Part shown: positions 52,246 to 61,876 of the stretch, piece after piece
How positions within the stretch are numbered: the first letter of the stretch is position 1
Layout: every line of letters starts with the position of its first letter
Assembly (NCBI GenBank): GCA_905182285.1
Contig: CAJJAY010000007.1
Location: forward strand, 60,825 to 124,824
Direction: 5' to 3'
Source of the DNA: an uncultured Amylibacter sp.
GTDB lineage: Bacteria; Pseudomonadota; Alphaproteobacteria; Rhodobacterales; Rhodobacteraceae
Length of the DNA: 64,000 bases
Notes under the pieces: generated by a model
The model's input: only the letters and a program-made list of their open reading frames with translations
What the model was told of the DNA's origin: nothing
The model's database searches: none
Position numbers and translations under genes: made by a program

Positions 52246-52367
52246 TAAAATTTTGCTCTTTTAATTAATTATCTTCTGATGATTGATATATTTCAGGAAC
52301 TACATATTGTGGCTATTTTTTATATAAGCACTAATTGTGCTAATTAATATATTGTATTATAACTAAT

Positions 52368-52401
52368 CCCATAAAAAACCATAAAAACCCAAGAAATACC
52401 T
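52368..52401 (-). promoter_or_regulatory. MraZ-type operator: four 10-bp-phased repeats
   Basis: CCCA/ACCA/CCCA/ACCT at 52368, 52378, 52388 and 52398 (TGGG-like on the minus strand), just upstream of a putative -35. Confidence 0.7.
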
Positions 52402-52440
52402 TTTATTGTTTCATAAAATCAATTACTAATAAGATATGAT

Positions 52441-52638
52441 GAGGATGGGCGTATCAATTGGACAACAAGATCCATGGATACCAAACGGTTTCATACAGGC
52501 ACCTCCCCATCAAAAAAGTAAGATCTGGATGGATGCGAGCAGACACCCCCCCAGGTGGTATTCCATAAACCAGACGGTCCAATAGGACTATGGCGGTGGA
52601 TCAAGCAGTGGCAGCAGCTTGGTTCACCGTTTCACTTT
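52441..52638 (+). ncRNA. UpsM-like structured leader/sRNA upstream of mraZ
   Basis: GC-richer ~200-nt segment after TTGTTT-N18-TAAGAT, ending in the hairpin CGGTGGATCAAGC/GCTTGGTTCACCG plus TTTCACTTT. Position and size resemble R. sphaeroides UpsM. Confidence 0.6.
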
Positions 52639-52672
52639 AATGGCATTGGCCAAGGATTAAGAGGTTACGATA

Positions 52673-53170
52673 GTGACGCGTAGATTTAGAGGCGAAATCG
52701 TTCAAAAAGTGGACGGTAAGGGTAGAGTTTCTATCCCAGCAGCTTTTCGCCGTGTCCTTGAACAAGGTGATCCCGATTGGACAGAAGGCTTGCGACCTGA
52801 GTTGGTACTTGCCTATGGCGGGAAATCACAGAAATATATTGAAGGTTATACCGTGCAGGCCATGGAAGATATTGAGAATGCTATTGAGGCAATGCCTTAT
52901 GGTAACGATCGTTCAGCAATGGAAATGAACTATTCTACAAAATCATTGCAGATGAATATTGATGAAACTGGTAGAATTATTTTGAGCCCTTTATTAATTG
53001 ATAAGTTAAAAATTACTAATGAGGTTGTTTTTGCTGGAACTGTTAAAACATTTCAAATGTGGCATCCTGAAATTTATAAAGAGTACGTTGATCAAAGAGA
53101 AATTGCATTGGCTGAGCGAGGTGAAGGATTTGATCTTCGTCAAGTATTGAATAAACCGATTGGTGAATAG
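52673..53170 (+). CDS. mraZ: Division/cell wall cluster transcriptional repressor MraZ
   Basis: VDGKGRVSIPA.FR and IDETGRI repeats; GTG start with SD GAGG. Confidence 0.93.
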   Translation: MTRRFRGEIVQKVDGKGRVSIPAAFRRVLEQGDPDWTEGLRPELVLAYGGKSQKYIEGYTVQAMEDIENAIEAMPYGNDRSAMEMNYSTKSLQMNIDETGRIILSPLLIDKLKITNEVVFAGTVKTFQMWHPEIYKEYVDQREIALAERGEGFDLRQVLNKPIGE

Positions 53171-53173
53171 GCA

Positions 53174-54187
53174 ATGAGTTTAGCTCACAAATATTCATCT
53201 TCATCCCCCCACATACCCGTCCTATTGGCGCAAATTTTAGACTCAGTAAAACCAATATCTGGTAAATGGGTTGATGGTACGTTTGGGGCTGGCGGTTATA
53301 CTCGAGCAATTTTGGAAGCAGGTGCTGATGTTGTATATGCAATTGATCGTGATCCTGAAGTTTTTACATCTGCAGAAAAATGGGTTGGTGACTATGGTGA
53401 TCGTTTAAATTTGATTCATGGAACATTTGGAGACCTTGATCATCACGTCAAAAGTGAAGGTGCTAATTCAGCTGATGGTGTTGTATTAGATATTGGTGTT
53501 TCTTCAATGCAAATAGATCAACCCAATAGAGGCTTTTCATTTATGAAGGATGGCCCACTTGATATGAGAATGGCTCAATCAGGGATGACTGCTGCTGATA
53601 TTGTAAATTCAGTTGATGAAAATATTTTAGCAGATTTAATATACTTATATGGTGAAGAGCGTGCGTCAAGACGAATTGCTCGCAACATTATTAAGGCTAG
53701 AGAAATTTCAAAGTTTGAAACAACATTTCAGCTAGTGAAGGTAATTGAGTCTAGTCTTCCCCGATCAAAGCCAGGGCAAATTCATCCTGCAACAAGGACA
53801 TTTCAAGCTTTAAGGATAGCTGTGAATGATGAGCTTGGTCAATTAGTATCTGGATTAAGGGCAGCTGAAAATATACTCAAAGAAGGTGGTGTACTTGCAG
53901 TGGTCACATTTCATTCTTTGGAAGACAGGATTGTAAAAAGGTTTATTCAAGCACGTTCAGGTAATAACCCAAAAGGCAATCGATATCAGCCTGAGCTAGT
54001 AGAGGAAGTAGCCACATTTAAAAAAATTGGGCGAAAAGCTATAACAGCAACTGAAGATGAAGTTAGATCTAATCCTCGTGCTAGATCAGCCAAATTGCGC
54101 TTGGCTAGGCGTTTAGATAATGTTGCTGGAGAATTTTCAGCTTTTGATATTGGGCTGCCAAAATTTAATTTAGGGCAGTTAAACTGA
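53174..54187 (+). CDS. rsmH: 16S rRNA m4C1402 methyltransferase
   Basis: [36 protein letters not shown]. Confidence 0.97.
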   Translation: MSLAHKYSSSSPHIPVLLAQILDSVKPISGKWVDGTFGAGGYTRAILEAGADVVYAIDRDPEVFTSAEKWVGDYGDRLNLIHGTFGDLDHHVKSEGANSADGVVLDIGVSSMQIDQPNRGFSFMKDGPLDMRMAQSGMTAADIVNSVDENILADLIYLYGEERASRRIARNIIKAREISKFETTFQLVKVIESSLPRSKPGQIHPATRTFQALRIAVNDELGQLVSGLRAAENILKEGGVLAVVTFHSLEDRIVKRFIQARSGNNPKGNRYQPELVEEVATFKKIGRKAITATEDEVRSNPRARSAKLRLARRLDNVAGEFSAFDIGLPKFNLGQLN

Positions 54188-54537
54188 TGAGAATTTTTAT
54201 ATATATCGTATGTTCTTTTATTGTAATCACAATGGCTTACTGGGCATATACTGAAAACTACACAACTCAAGCATCTATACGACGTGTAGAAGAATTGAAT
54301 AGATTGGTAGCTGATGAAAAAGAAGCGATATCAATTTTAAATGCTGAATGGGCATATTTAAATCGCCCTGAAAGATTATCTAACCTAGCAGATTTAAATT
54401 TTATAAAGCTAAAGTTAGTTCCTTTGGCTGCACAACATTTTACTGAATTAGAAGTTATTCCAATGTCTCCAAGGCGAAGTTTGGTAGTTAGCTCACCAGT
54501 TTTAGTTTCAAGCGATGGGGGTAAACAATTCCCATGA
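54187..54537 (+). CDS. ftsL: Cell division protein FtsL
   Basis: TM segment plus coiled coil with AEWAYLNRPERL; lies between rsmH and ftsI. Confidence 0.88.
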   Translation: MRIFIYIVCSFIVITMAYWAYTENYTTQASIRRVEELNRLVADEKEAISILNAEWAYLNRPERLSNLADLNFIKLKLVPLAAQHFTELEVIPMSPRRSLVVSSPVLVSSDGGKQFP

Positions 54538-56324
54538 GAAGAAAACCTTTACGGCCACTTGCTCACATAATCTCTGCGCGCCAAAATGGTAAAAATCCTG
54601 ATTTTATTGAAGCAAAAGAGAGATCAAAGCGCAATCAAGCCTTACAGTTAAAAACACGAGTAAGAGCTGAAAATAGACTATTAGTACTTGGTTTAATTTT
54701 TATTATTGGATTTTCTGCTATAGGTGGAAAAATGGCAATGTTAGCTTCAAGTTCTGTTCAAGAAGTCAGGCAATATAATACTGGTTCTAAAATTATAAAC
54801 CAACGTGCTAATATAGTTGACCGTAATGGTAATATTTTAGCAACAAATATGTCTACACAAGCTCTTTATGCTCAACCGCCTTTAATGATTGATCCAAAAA
54901 AAGCTGCAGATGACATATATAAGATTTTTCCTGACTTAGATTATGAACGACTTGTTAAAAATTTTGGTAGTGATAAGCGTAAATTTGTTTGGGTTAAGAA
55001 AAGTGTTTCCCCGGAACAGCAGCAACTTGTACATGATTTAGGTGAGCCAGGTTTACTTTTTGGTAATAGAGAAATGAGGCTTTATCCAAACGGAAAATTG
55101 GCTGCGCATATTCTTGGTGGTACGAGATTTGGTGAAGAAGGTGTCCGTGCTGCTGAGATTGTAGGTGTTGGAGGTGTTGAAAAGTACTTTGATAAAATGT
55201 TACGTGATCCAGCTTTAGAAGGAGAGCCATTAAAACTTTCAATTGATTTGACTGTCCAAGCAGCAACACGTCAAGTTTTGAAAGATGGAATGCGCTTAAT
55301 GAATGCAAAAGGTGCTTCGGCAATATTAATGGATGTAAACACTGGAGAAATCATTTCTCTTGTCTCATTGCCAGATTTTGATCCTAATAATCGACCTAGA
55401 GCTGCTATATTGGGGGATCCTTCTGAAAATCCATTATTTAATAGGGCTGCACAGGGGCTGTATGAATTAGGTTCGACATTTAAAATTTTTACTGCTGCGA
55501 CTTCATTGGAAAAGGGGTTGGTAAACCCACAGACCATTATTGATACGACGCCATTTAGATGGAATCGAAAAACTTATAAAGATTACAAAAATTACGGACC
55601 AACTAATTCTGTTGAAGATATAATAATGAAATCGTCTAACGTTGGGACAATTAGAATGGCTTTGGCTGCAGGTACATCTGCTCAAAAGAAAACTTTAAAA
55701 GATTTGGGTTTCTTTGAAGCAGTTCCTGTTGAGCTGGGTGAGGCTAGTCGGACAAAACCACAAATACCAAAAAATTGGTCGGACACTTCAACAATTACAA
55801 TATCATTTGGGCATGGAATTTCTGCAACACCATTACATTTGGCAACGGCATACTCAATCGTTGCAAATGGTGGATTTAGGGTAAAACCAACAATAAAAAA
55901 AATTGATTTTGGGAATTTATCCAGGGAGCAAGTCATATCCCCGAAAACCTCACAACAACTGATATCTATGTTAAGGCGAGTTGTAAGTGAGAAAGATGGT
56001 ACTGCCAAAATGGCAAAAGTTGAAGGATATGAAGTTGCTGGTAAAACTGGTACTGCTGAAAAAATAAAACCAACTGGAGGGTATTATGATGATAAAGTCA
56101 TAGCGACTTTTGCATCAATTTTTCCAGCCAGCGATCCAAAATATACATTAGTGGTGTCACTCGATGAACCGGAGATAGAAGTATATGGTAAAAATCGCAG
56201 AACTGCTGGGTATACTTCGGTTCCTGTTGCTGCTGAGATAATAAGCCGTGTAGCCCCTATTCTTAATCTTCGCCCAATTGTCCCTAACAATAAAATGACA
56301 TACACTTCAATTAGCAGTCAATAA
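54534..56324 (+). CDS. ftsI: Septal transpeptidase PBP3
   Basis: RANIVDRNG, SxxK (GSTFK), SxN (KSSN), KTGT. Confidence 0.95.
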   Translation: MRRKPLRPLAHIISARQNGKNPDFIEAKERSKRNQALQLKTRVRAENRLLVLGLIFIIGFSAIGGKMAMLASSSVQEVRQYNTGSKIINQRANIVDRNGNILATNMSTQALYAQPPLMIDPKKAADDIYKIFPDLDYERLVKNFGSDKRKFVWVKKSVSPEQQQLVHDLGEPGLLFGNREMRLYPNGKLAAHILGGTRFGEEGVRAAEIVGVGGVEKYFDKMLRDPALEGEPLKLSIDLTVQAATRQVLKDGMRLMNAKGASAILMDVNTGEIISLVSLPDFDPNNRPRAAILGDPSENPLFNRAAQGLYELGSTFKIFTAATSLEKGLVNPQTIIDTTPFRWNRKTYKDYKNYGPTNSVEDIIMKSSNVGTIRMALAAGTSAQKKTLKDLGFFEAVPVELGEASRTKPQIPKNWSDTSTITISFGHGISATPLHLATAYSIVANGGFRVKPTIKKIDFGNLSREQVISPKTSQQLISMLRRVVSEKDGTAKMAKVEGYEVAGKTGTAEKIKPTGGYYDDKVIATFASIFPASDPKYTLVVSLDEPEIEVYGKNRRTAGYTSVPVAAEIISRVAPILNLRPIVPNNKMTYTSISSQ

Positions 56325-56334
56325 GAGGCAGCAA

Positions 56335-57831
56335 ATGTCCCAAACTTTTTCAAAATATAAAAGACTAAATGAGTTAGGTTTGGTTCCCTCAAATGAATTT
56401 CAAGATAATCCTTTTATAACAAACATCACTGTAGATAGTCGTATTGTTAAAAAAGGTTATTTATTTGCAGCAATGCCCGGATCTAAATATCATGGTATCA
56501 GTTTTGTTAAGGCAGCTATAGATAACGAAGCAGCTGCAATTCTGACAGATCATGAAGGCTTTACCATTGCAAAAAAAATATTAGGAAATATTAATATTCC
56601 CATAGTTATTGCCAAAGATCCAAGGATGAAACTGTCTAAGATTATGGCAAGATTTTATGGCGCTCAACCTTCAACAATGATTGCTGTAACTGGGACAAAT
56701 GGAAAAACGTCAGTCGCAAATTTTACAAGACAAATTTGGGAATTGTTAGGCAAAAAAGCTGTGAATATTGGAACAGCTGGTGTCGAGGGTGCTGTTTCAA
56801 TAAGTCTTTCGCATACAACCCCAGAACCTACTTTATTACATAAAATATTATATGATCTTGAAAACAGTGGTGTCTCGCATGCATCAATGGAAGCTTCAAG
56901 TCATGGTTTGGAGCAAAGAAGGTTAGATGGAGTTTATTTGACTGCAGCAGCATTTACTAATTTTACACATGACCATTTAGATTATCATAAAAATTTTGAT
57001 GCTTATTTTGCTTCAAAGCTTGGATTATTTAAGCGTGTTCTATCGCCAGAAGGATCTGTAGTTATTAATATGGATGACGCAAGGGGGCATGAAATACATG
57101 AAATTTCAAAGTTGCGTGGGCAAGATATTATTACAGTTGGACAGCACAATTGTGATCTTACCTTGAAAAAATGTAACTTTGACGCCACTGGCCAACAAAT
57201 ACTATTCTCATGGCATGATGAAATCAAATCTATTCGATTAGATTTGATTGGATATTTTCAAGCTATGAATATATTGCAGGCTGCAGCTTTAGTGATTGCT
57301 TGTGGTGAACAGCCAAATAATGTTTTTGATACTCTAAGCGAATTAAAGACTGTTTCTGGCCGAATGCAATTAGCTGCTAAGCGTGCAAATGGTGCATCTA
57401 TTTTTGTAGATTATGCACATACTCCAGATGCTGTTGAAACTGCCCTAAAAGCAATGCGGCCACATGTTATGGGGCGTTTGCTAATTATAGTTGGAGCGGG
57501 TGGAGATCGTGATGTTAGCAAACGTGAGTTAATTGGGAGGGCTGCGGAAAAATATGCAGATGTTGTTTTCGTAACTGATGATAACCCAAGAAGTGAAGAT
57601 CCTGAATTAATACGAAAAGCAATAATGCATGGCTGCCCTAATGCAACTGAGATTGGTGATCGTGCTACAGCAATTCTAACTGGTGTTGATGCTCTGAATC
57701 CAGGCGATGCACTATTAATCGCTGGGAAAGGTCATGAAACGGGTCAAATAATTGGCGATGATATTTTGGCTTTTAATGATGTAGAGCAGGCTAGTATAAG
57801 TGTTTCTACTTTAGATGAGTTGCTGCCGTGA
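56335..57831 (+). CDS. murE: UDP-MurNAc-Ala-Glu--meso-DAP ligase
   Basis: TGTNGKTS, MEASSH, DYAHTPD, DNPR (DAP-specific motif), AGKGHE. Confidence 0.96.
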   Translation: MSQTFSKYKRLNELGLVPSNEFQDNPFITNITVDSRIVKKGYLFAAMPGSKYHGISFVKAAIDNEAAAILTDHEGFTIAKKILGNINIPIVIAKDPRMKLSKIMARFYGAQPSTMIAVTGTNGKTSVANFTRQIWELLGKKAVNIGTAGVEGAVSISLSHTTPEPTLLHKILYDLENSGVSHASMEASSHGLEQRRLDGVYLTAAAFTNFTHDHLDYHKNFDAYFASKLGLFKRVLSPEGSVVINMDDARGHEIHEISKLRGQDIITVGQHNCDLTLKKCNFDATGQQILFSWHDEIKSIRLDLIGYFQAMNILQAAALVIACGEQPNNVFDTLSELKTVSGRMQLAAKRANGASIFVDYAHTPDAVETALKAMRPHVMGRLLIIVGAGGDRDVSKRELIGRAAEKYADVVFVTDDNPRSEDPELIRKAIMHGCPNATEIGDRATAILTGVDALNPGDALLIAGKGHETGQIIGDDILAFNDVEQASISVSTLDELLP

Positions 57832-59207
57832 ACCTCTGGACATCAAAAGATGCTGTAAAAGCAACTAACGGAATTTCTAAAATTAATTGGGTTGCAGATG
57901 GAATATCTATTGATACCAGAAATATAAAGCCTGGAGATTTGTTCGTTGCATTAAAAGATAAACGCGATGGGCATGAATTTGTAAAAGCTGCGTTTGAAAA
58001 AGGGGCCTCAGCTGCTCTCGTTTCAAAAGTCCCGGATGGAGTTAATGAAAACTTTCCGCTTTTAGTTGTGGAAGACGTTTTTGGAGCTCTTCAGAGTATG
58101 GCTAAATTTGCACGCGCCAGAACTAAGGCTAAAATTATTGGTGTAACAGGTTCCGTAGGTAAGACTTCAACTAAAGAAATGTTGAAAACTATTTTAACAG
58201 AAAATGGTAAAACCCACGCAGCTGAAAAAAGTTATAATAATCATTGGGGTGTTCCCTTGACACTTGCACGCATGCCAAAAAATTCAGATTTTGCCATAAT
58301 TGAAATTGGAATGAATAGCCCAAATGAAATTCGACCACTTGCTAAATTAGCAGCATTAGATGTTGCAATCGTTTTAAATGTTGCTCCTGTACATTTAAAA
58401 GCATTTAAAAATGTTGAAGAAATAGCGTTTGCAAAAGCTGAAATTTTTGAAAATTTAACATCAAAAAATTCAGCAATTGTTAATAATGATTTGTCTACGA
58501 CTCAGATTTTGTTGAAAACTGTAAAAGCAGTTGGTGCTAATCTTGTTACTTTTGGACAAAAGGATAAATCAGATTTTAGATTAGTTTCTAGTACATGGCA
58601 TAAAAATAAAACTTCAGTTAAAGCTAAGATAAACGATCAAAATATACATTTTGATTTTTGTGCAGAAGGCGATCATTTTTCGATGAATGCATTAGCAGCT
58701 TTTGCTGCTGCTGAGTTAGTTGGAGCAGATCGAAAAATTACAACACAAGCTTTTTCCAATTGGCAAGCGCCAAAGGGAAGGGGAGAGCGAAAGAAAATAA
58801 AATTTGGATTAGGTAATATTGAGTTGATAGATGAAAGCTATAATGCAAATCCAATATCTATGGCAGCTGCTCTTAAAGTTCTTTCTAATAGCAAATCTTC
58901 AGGTCGAAAAATTGCAATATTAGGTGAAATGGGCGAATTAGGTGTAGAAGAAAATCTTTTTCATTCAGATCTTGCAAGAATTGAAGGAATAAAAGAAATC
59001 GATGTTTTTTATCTTGTTGGACCATTAATGCGCTTCATGTGGGATGAGTTGCCAGATTATAAAGAAAGTAAATGGTTTGAGAGCATTGATGAATTAATTA
59101 TGGAGATTGGAAGTTTGATAGCGGTAAATGATACTATTATGGTCAAAGGTTCAAATTATACAAAAGTTTCAAAAATAGTTGAAGCAATAAAAAAGGTTAG
59201 TGTTTAG
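57828..59207 (+). CDS. murF: UDP-MurNAc-tripeptide--D-Ala-D-Ala ligase
   Basis: [34 protein letters not shown]. Confidence 0.96.
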   Translation: MNLWTSKDAVKATNGISKINWVADGISIDTRNIKPGDLFVALKDKRDGHEFVKAAFEKGASAALVSKVPDGVNENFPLLVVEDVFGALQSMAKFARARTKAKIIGVTGSVGKTSTKEMLKTILTENGKTHAAEKSYNNHWGVPLTLARMPKNSDFAIIEIGMNSPNEIRPLAKLAALDVAIVLNVAPVHLKAFKNVEEIAFAKAEIFENLTSKNSAIVNNDLSTTQILLKTVKAVGANLVTFGQKDKSDFRLVSSTWHKNKTSVKAKINDQNIHFDFCAEGDHFSMNALAAFAAAELVGADRKITTQAFSNWQAPKGRGERKKIKFGLGNIELIDESYNANPISMAAALKVLSNSKSSGRKIAILGEMGELGVEENLFHSDLARIEGIKEIDVFYLVGPLMRFMWDELPDYKESKWFESIDELIMEIGSLIAVNDTIMVKGSNYTKVSKIVEAIKKVSV

Positions 59208-59230
59208 GCACAAATGAAGGAGTTTTAATA

Positions 59231-60316
59231 ATGTTATATTTTTTAAGCGAGTTATCTGATGGTGGCGATGCATTTAATCTTTTTAGATATATTACATTTC
59301 GTTCAGGAGGTGCATTTTTCACAGCACTAATCTTATCATTCATTTTCGGCGCTCCTTTAATTCGTCGATTAAGGAAAATGCAAAAAAATGGGCAACCAAT
59401 TCGTGAGGATGGACCTACAAGTCATATTATAGAAAAGGCTGGTACACCAACGATGGGAGGAGTTTTAATACTTGGAACCTTGCTCTTTTCATCTTTATTA
59501 TGGGCACGTTCTGATAATGGTTATGTCTGGATTGTTCTTTTAGTAACTGTAGGTTTTGGTGGAATTGGATTTCTTGATGATTATTTGAAAGTAACAAAAA
59601 ATAATGTTAAAGGTTTTTCCTCTAAAGCGCGAATATTATTAGGTTTATTAATCTCTTTAATTGCTGTTTACTGGGCCCAAAGGCTTCATTCAGAAGACTT
59701 AAGTCGGCATTTAGCTTTACCCATCTTTAAAGATACACTTATAAATTTAGGTATTATTTACTTCCCGTTTGCAATGATCGTTATTGTAGGAGCAGCTAAT
59801 GCTGTTAATTTAACTGATGGCTTAGATGGGCTGGCTATAATGCCAGTAATAATTGCTGGTGGAACGCTAGGTGTGATTGCATATGTAGTTGGGCGAACTG
59901 ATTTTACAGCTTATTTAGATGTGCATTACGTGAAAGGTACTGGTGAATTGTTAGTTTTTACTTCAGCATTAGTTGGAGCAGGTTTGGGATTTCTATGGTA
60001 TAATGCCCCTCCTGCAGCAGTTTTTATGGGTGATACTGGATCATTAGCATTAGGTGGTGCGCTTGGTGCAATAGCCGTTGCTACAAAACATGAATTAGTA
60101 TTAGCAATTGTAGGCGGTTTATTTGTGGTGGAAGCATTATCTGTAATAATTCAAGTTCTTTACTATAAGAAAACAGGTAAACGTGTTTTTTTGATGGCAC
60201 CAATTCATCACCACTTTGAAAAAAAGGGTTGGGGTGAATCTCAAATTGTGATCCGTTTTTGGATAATTGCGCTAATCCTTGCCTTAGTTGGCTTAGCTAC
60301 ATTAAAGTTACGTTAA
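59231..60316 (+). CDS. mraY: Phospho-MurNAc-pentapeptide transferase
   Basis: [31 protein letters not shown]. Confidence 0.97.
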   Translation: MLYFLSELSDGGDAFNLFRYITFRSGGAFFTALILSFIFGAPLIRRLRKMQKNGQPIREDGPTSHIIEKAGTPTMGGVLILGTLLFSSLLWARSDNGYVWIVLLVTVGFGGIGFLDDYLKVTKNNVKGFSSKARILLGLLISLIAVYWAQRLHSEDLSRHLALPIFKDTLINLGIIYFPFAMIVIVGAANAVNLTDGLDGLAIMPVIIAGGTLGVIAYVVGRTDFTAYLDVHYVKGTGELLVFTSALVGAGLGFLWYNAPPAAVFMGDTGSLALGGALGAIAVATKHELVLAIVGGLFVVEALSVIIQVLYYKKTGKRVFLMAPIHHHFEKKGWGESQIVIRFWIIALILALVGLATLKLR

Positions 60317-61722
60317 TGATACCTGTTCGTGGATATAATGGATGTAAAGTTGCTGTCTTAGGGCTAGGACGATCGGGCTTAACTGCAGCCAGAGCATTGC
60401 GAGCAGGTGGTGCAGTACCAATTGTTTGGGATGATAATGAAAAATCAAGAATCGCAGCAGATGCAGAAGATTTTGTTGTTCTAGATCTTAATAAAGATTC
60501 ATCATGGCAAGATGTAGTTTGCTTAATAGTTTCACCTGGAATACCGCACTTATATCCACTTCCACATCCAATTGTTTCAAAAGCTTGGCACAATGGTGTT
60601 GTTGTTGATAATGATATAGGACTATTTTTCCGTTCTTTTGCTACTCAAGAATGGGATAATTTTGATGTTATACCAAAAGTCGTGTGTGTTACTGGCTCAA
60701 ATGGTAAGTCTACTACAACAGCTTTAATTGCTCATTTGCTTGAAGGTTCAAGTAGAGATATTGTAGTGGCAGGAAATATTGGCCGAGGGGCTTTAGATAT
60801 CCCTCCTGCGCAAGATGGCACCATTGTTATTTTGGAATTATCTTCTTATCAATTAGATCTAGCTCGCGCGCTAGCACCAGATATTGCAGTATTTATGAAT
60901 TTGTCACCCGACCACTTAGATCGTCATAATGGTATGGGTGGATATTTTTTTGCAAAGCGTAGATTGTTCGTAGATGGAAATCCAGATCGAGCAATAATTG
61001 GAGTGGACGAAATTGAAGGTCAATTCTTAGCAAATCAATTACGACAAGATGCAAAATCTGGTGACCCTGTCATAAACGTTTCTGTAAATAAAAAACTTCA
61101 AAACAAGGATTGGTCAATTTTTGCTAGAAAAGGTTTCTTATCGGAATGGCGAAAGGGGCGGCAGGTAGCATCGATTGACTTGAGGCCAATGTCTGGTTTG
61201 CCAGGAGAACATAATCACCAAAATGCTTGTTGTGCTTATGCTGTTTGCAGATCGATTGGCATGGCTCCCAAGCAAATTGAGGAAAAGCTTATATCTTATG
61301 TTGGTTTGCCTCATAGGTGTCAAATAGTAGGTACTTTTGATGGCGTAATGTATGTTAATGATAGTAAAGCTACAAATGTTGATTCTGCAGAAAAAGCACT
61401 ACTTGCATTCAAAAATATTTTATGGATTGTTGGTGGAGTACCTAAGGACGGTGGTATTTTACCTTTAAAACCATATTTTGATAGAATAAAAAAAGCTTAC
61501 TTAATTGGAAATAATGTTTCTAATTTAGCTAAAGATTTGGATGGTCTTGATTTTGTAAATGTAGGTACAGTTTCTGATGCAGTTAAATTAGCATCTTCAG
61601 ATGCTAAGGTTGGTGATGTTGTCTTATTGGCTCCAGCCTGTGCAAGCTTTGACCAATATGAAAACTTTGAGAAACGTGGTGACGATTTCATTAATAATGT
61701 CATTATGCTAAATAATGTTTAA
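60316..61722 (+). CDS. murD: UDP-MurNAc-Ala--D-glutamate ligase
   Basis: [36 protein letters not shown]; ATG overlaps the mraY stop. Confidence 0.96.
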   Translation: MIPVRGYNGCKVAVLGLGRSGLTAARALRAGGAVPIVWDDNEKSRIAADAEDFVVLDLNKDSSWQDVVCLIVSPGIPHLYPLPHPIVSKAWHNGVVVDNDIGLFFRSFATQEWDNFDVIPKVVCVTGSNGKSTTTALIAHLLEGSSRDIVVAGNIGRGALDIPPAQDGTIVILELSSYQLDLARALAPDIAVFMNLSPDHLDRHNGMGGYFFAKRRLFVDGNPDRAIIGVDEIEGQFLANQLRQDAKSGDPVINVSVNKKLQNKDWSIFARKGFLSEWRKGRQVASIDLRPMSGLPGEHNHQNACCAYAVCRSIGMAPKQIEEKLISYVGLPHRCQIVGTFDGVMYVNDSKATNVDSAEKALLAFKNILWIVGGVPKDGGILPLKPYFDRIKKAYLIGNNVSNLAKDLDGLDFVNVGTVSDAVKLASSDAKVGDVVLLAPACASFDQYENFEKRGDDFINNVIMLNNV

Positions 61723-61876
61723 TTTTTAAATGAGCATAGTCTCGCTTTGATAATTATTTAAATATATGACCTACTAGAATTATAAATTTAAATATGTAAT
61801 AATAACATCAATAATAATAATAAGCTGAACCCGAAAACGAGGCAGCAATAGAGCAGATGCAGACAGGCGATATCTT

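Noticed and set aside
61796-61823. AAT microsatellite and TTAA-rich CtrA-like half sites in spacers
   Set aside because: Not distinguishable from background in such AT-rich DNA; I did not find a convincing full TTAA-N7-TTAAC site here.
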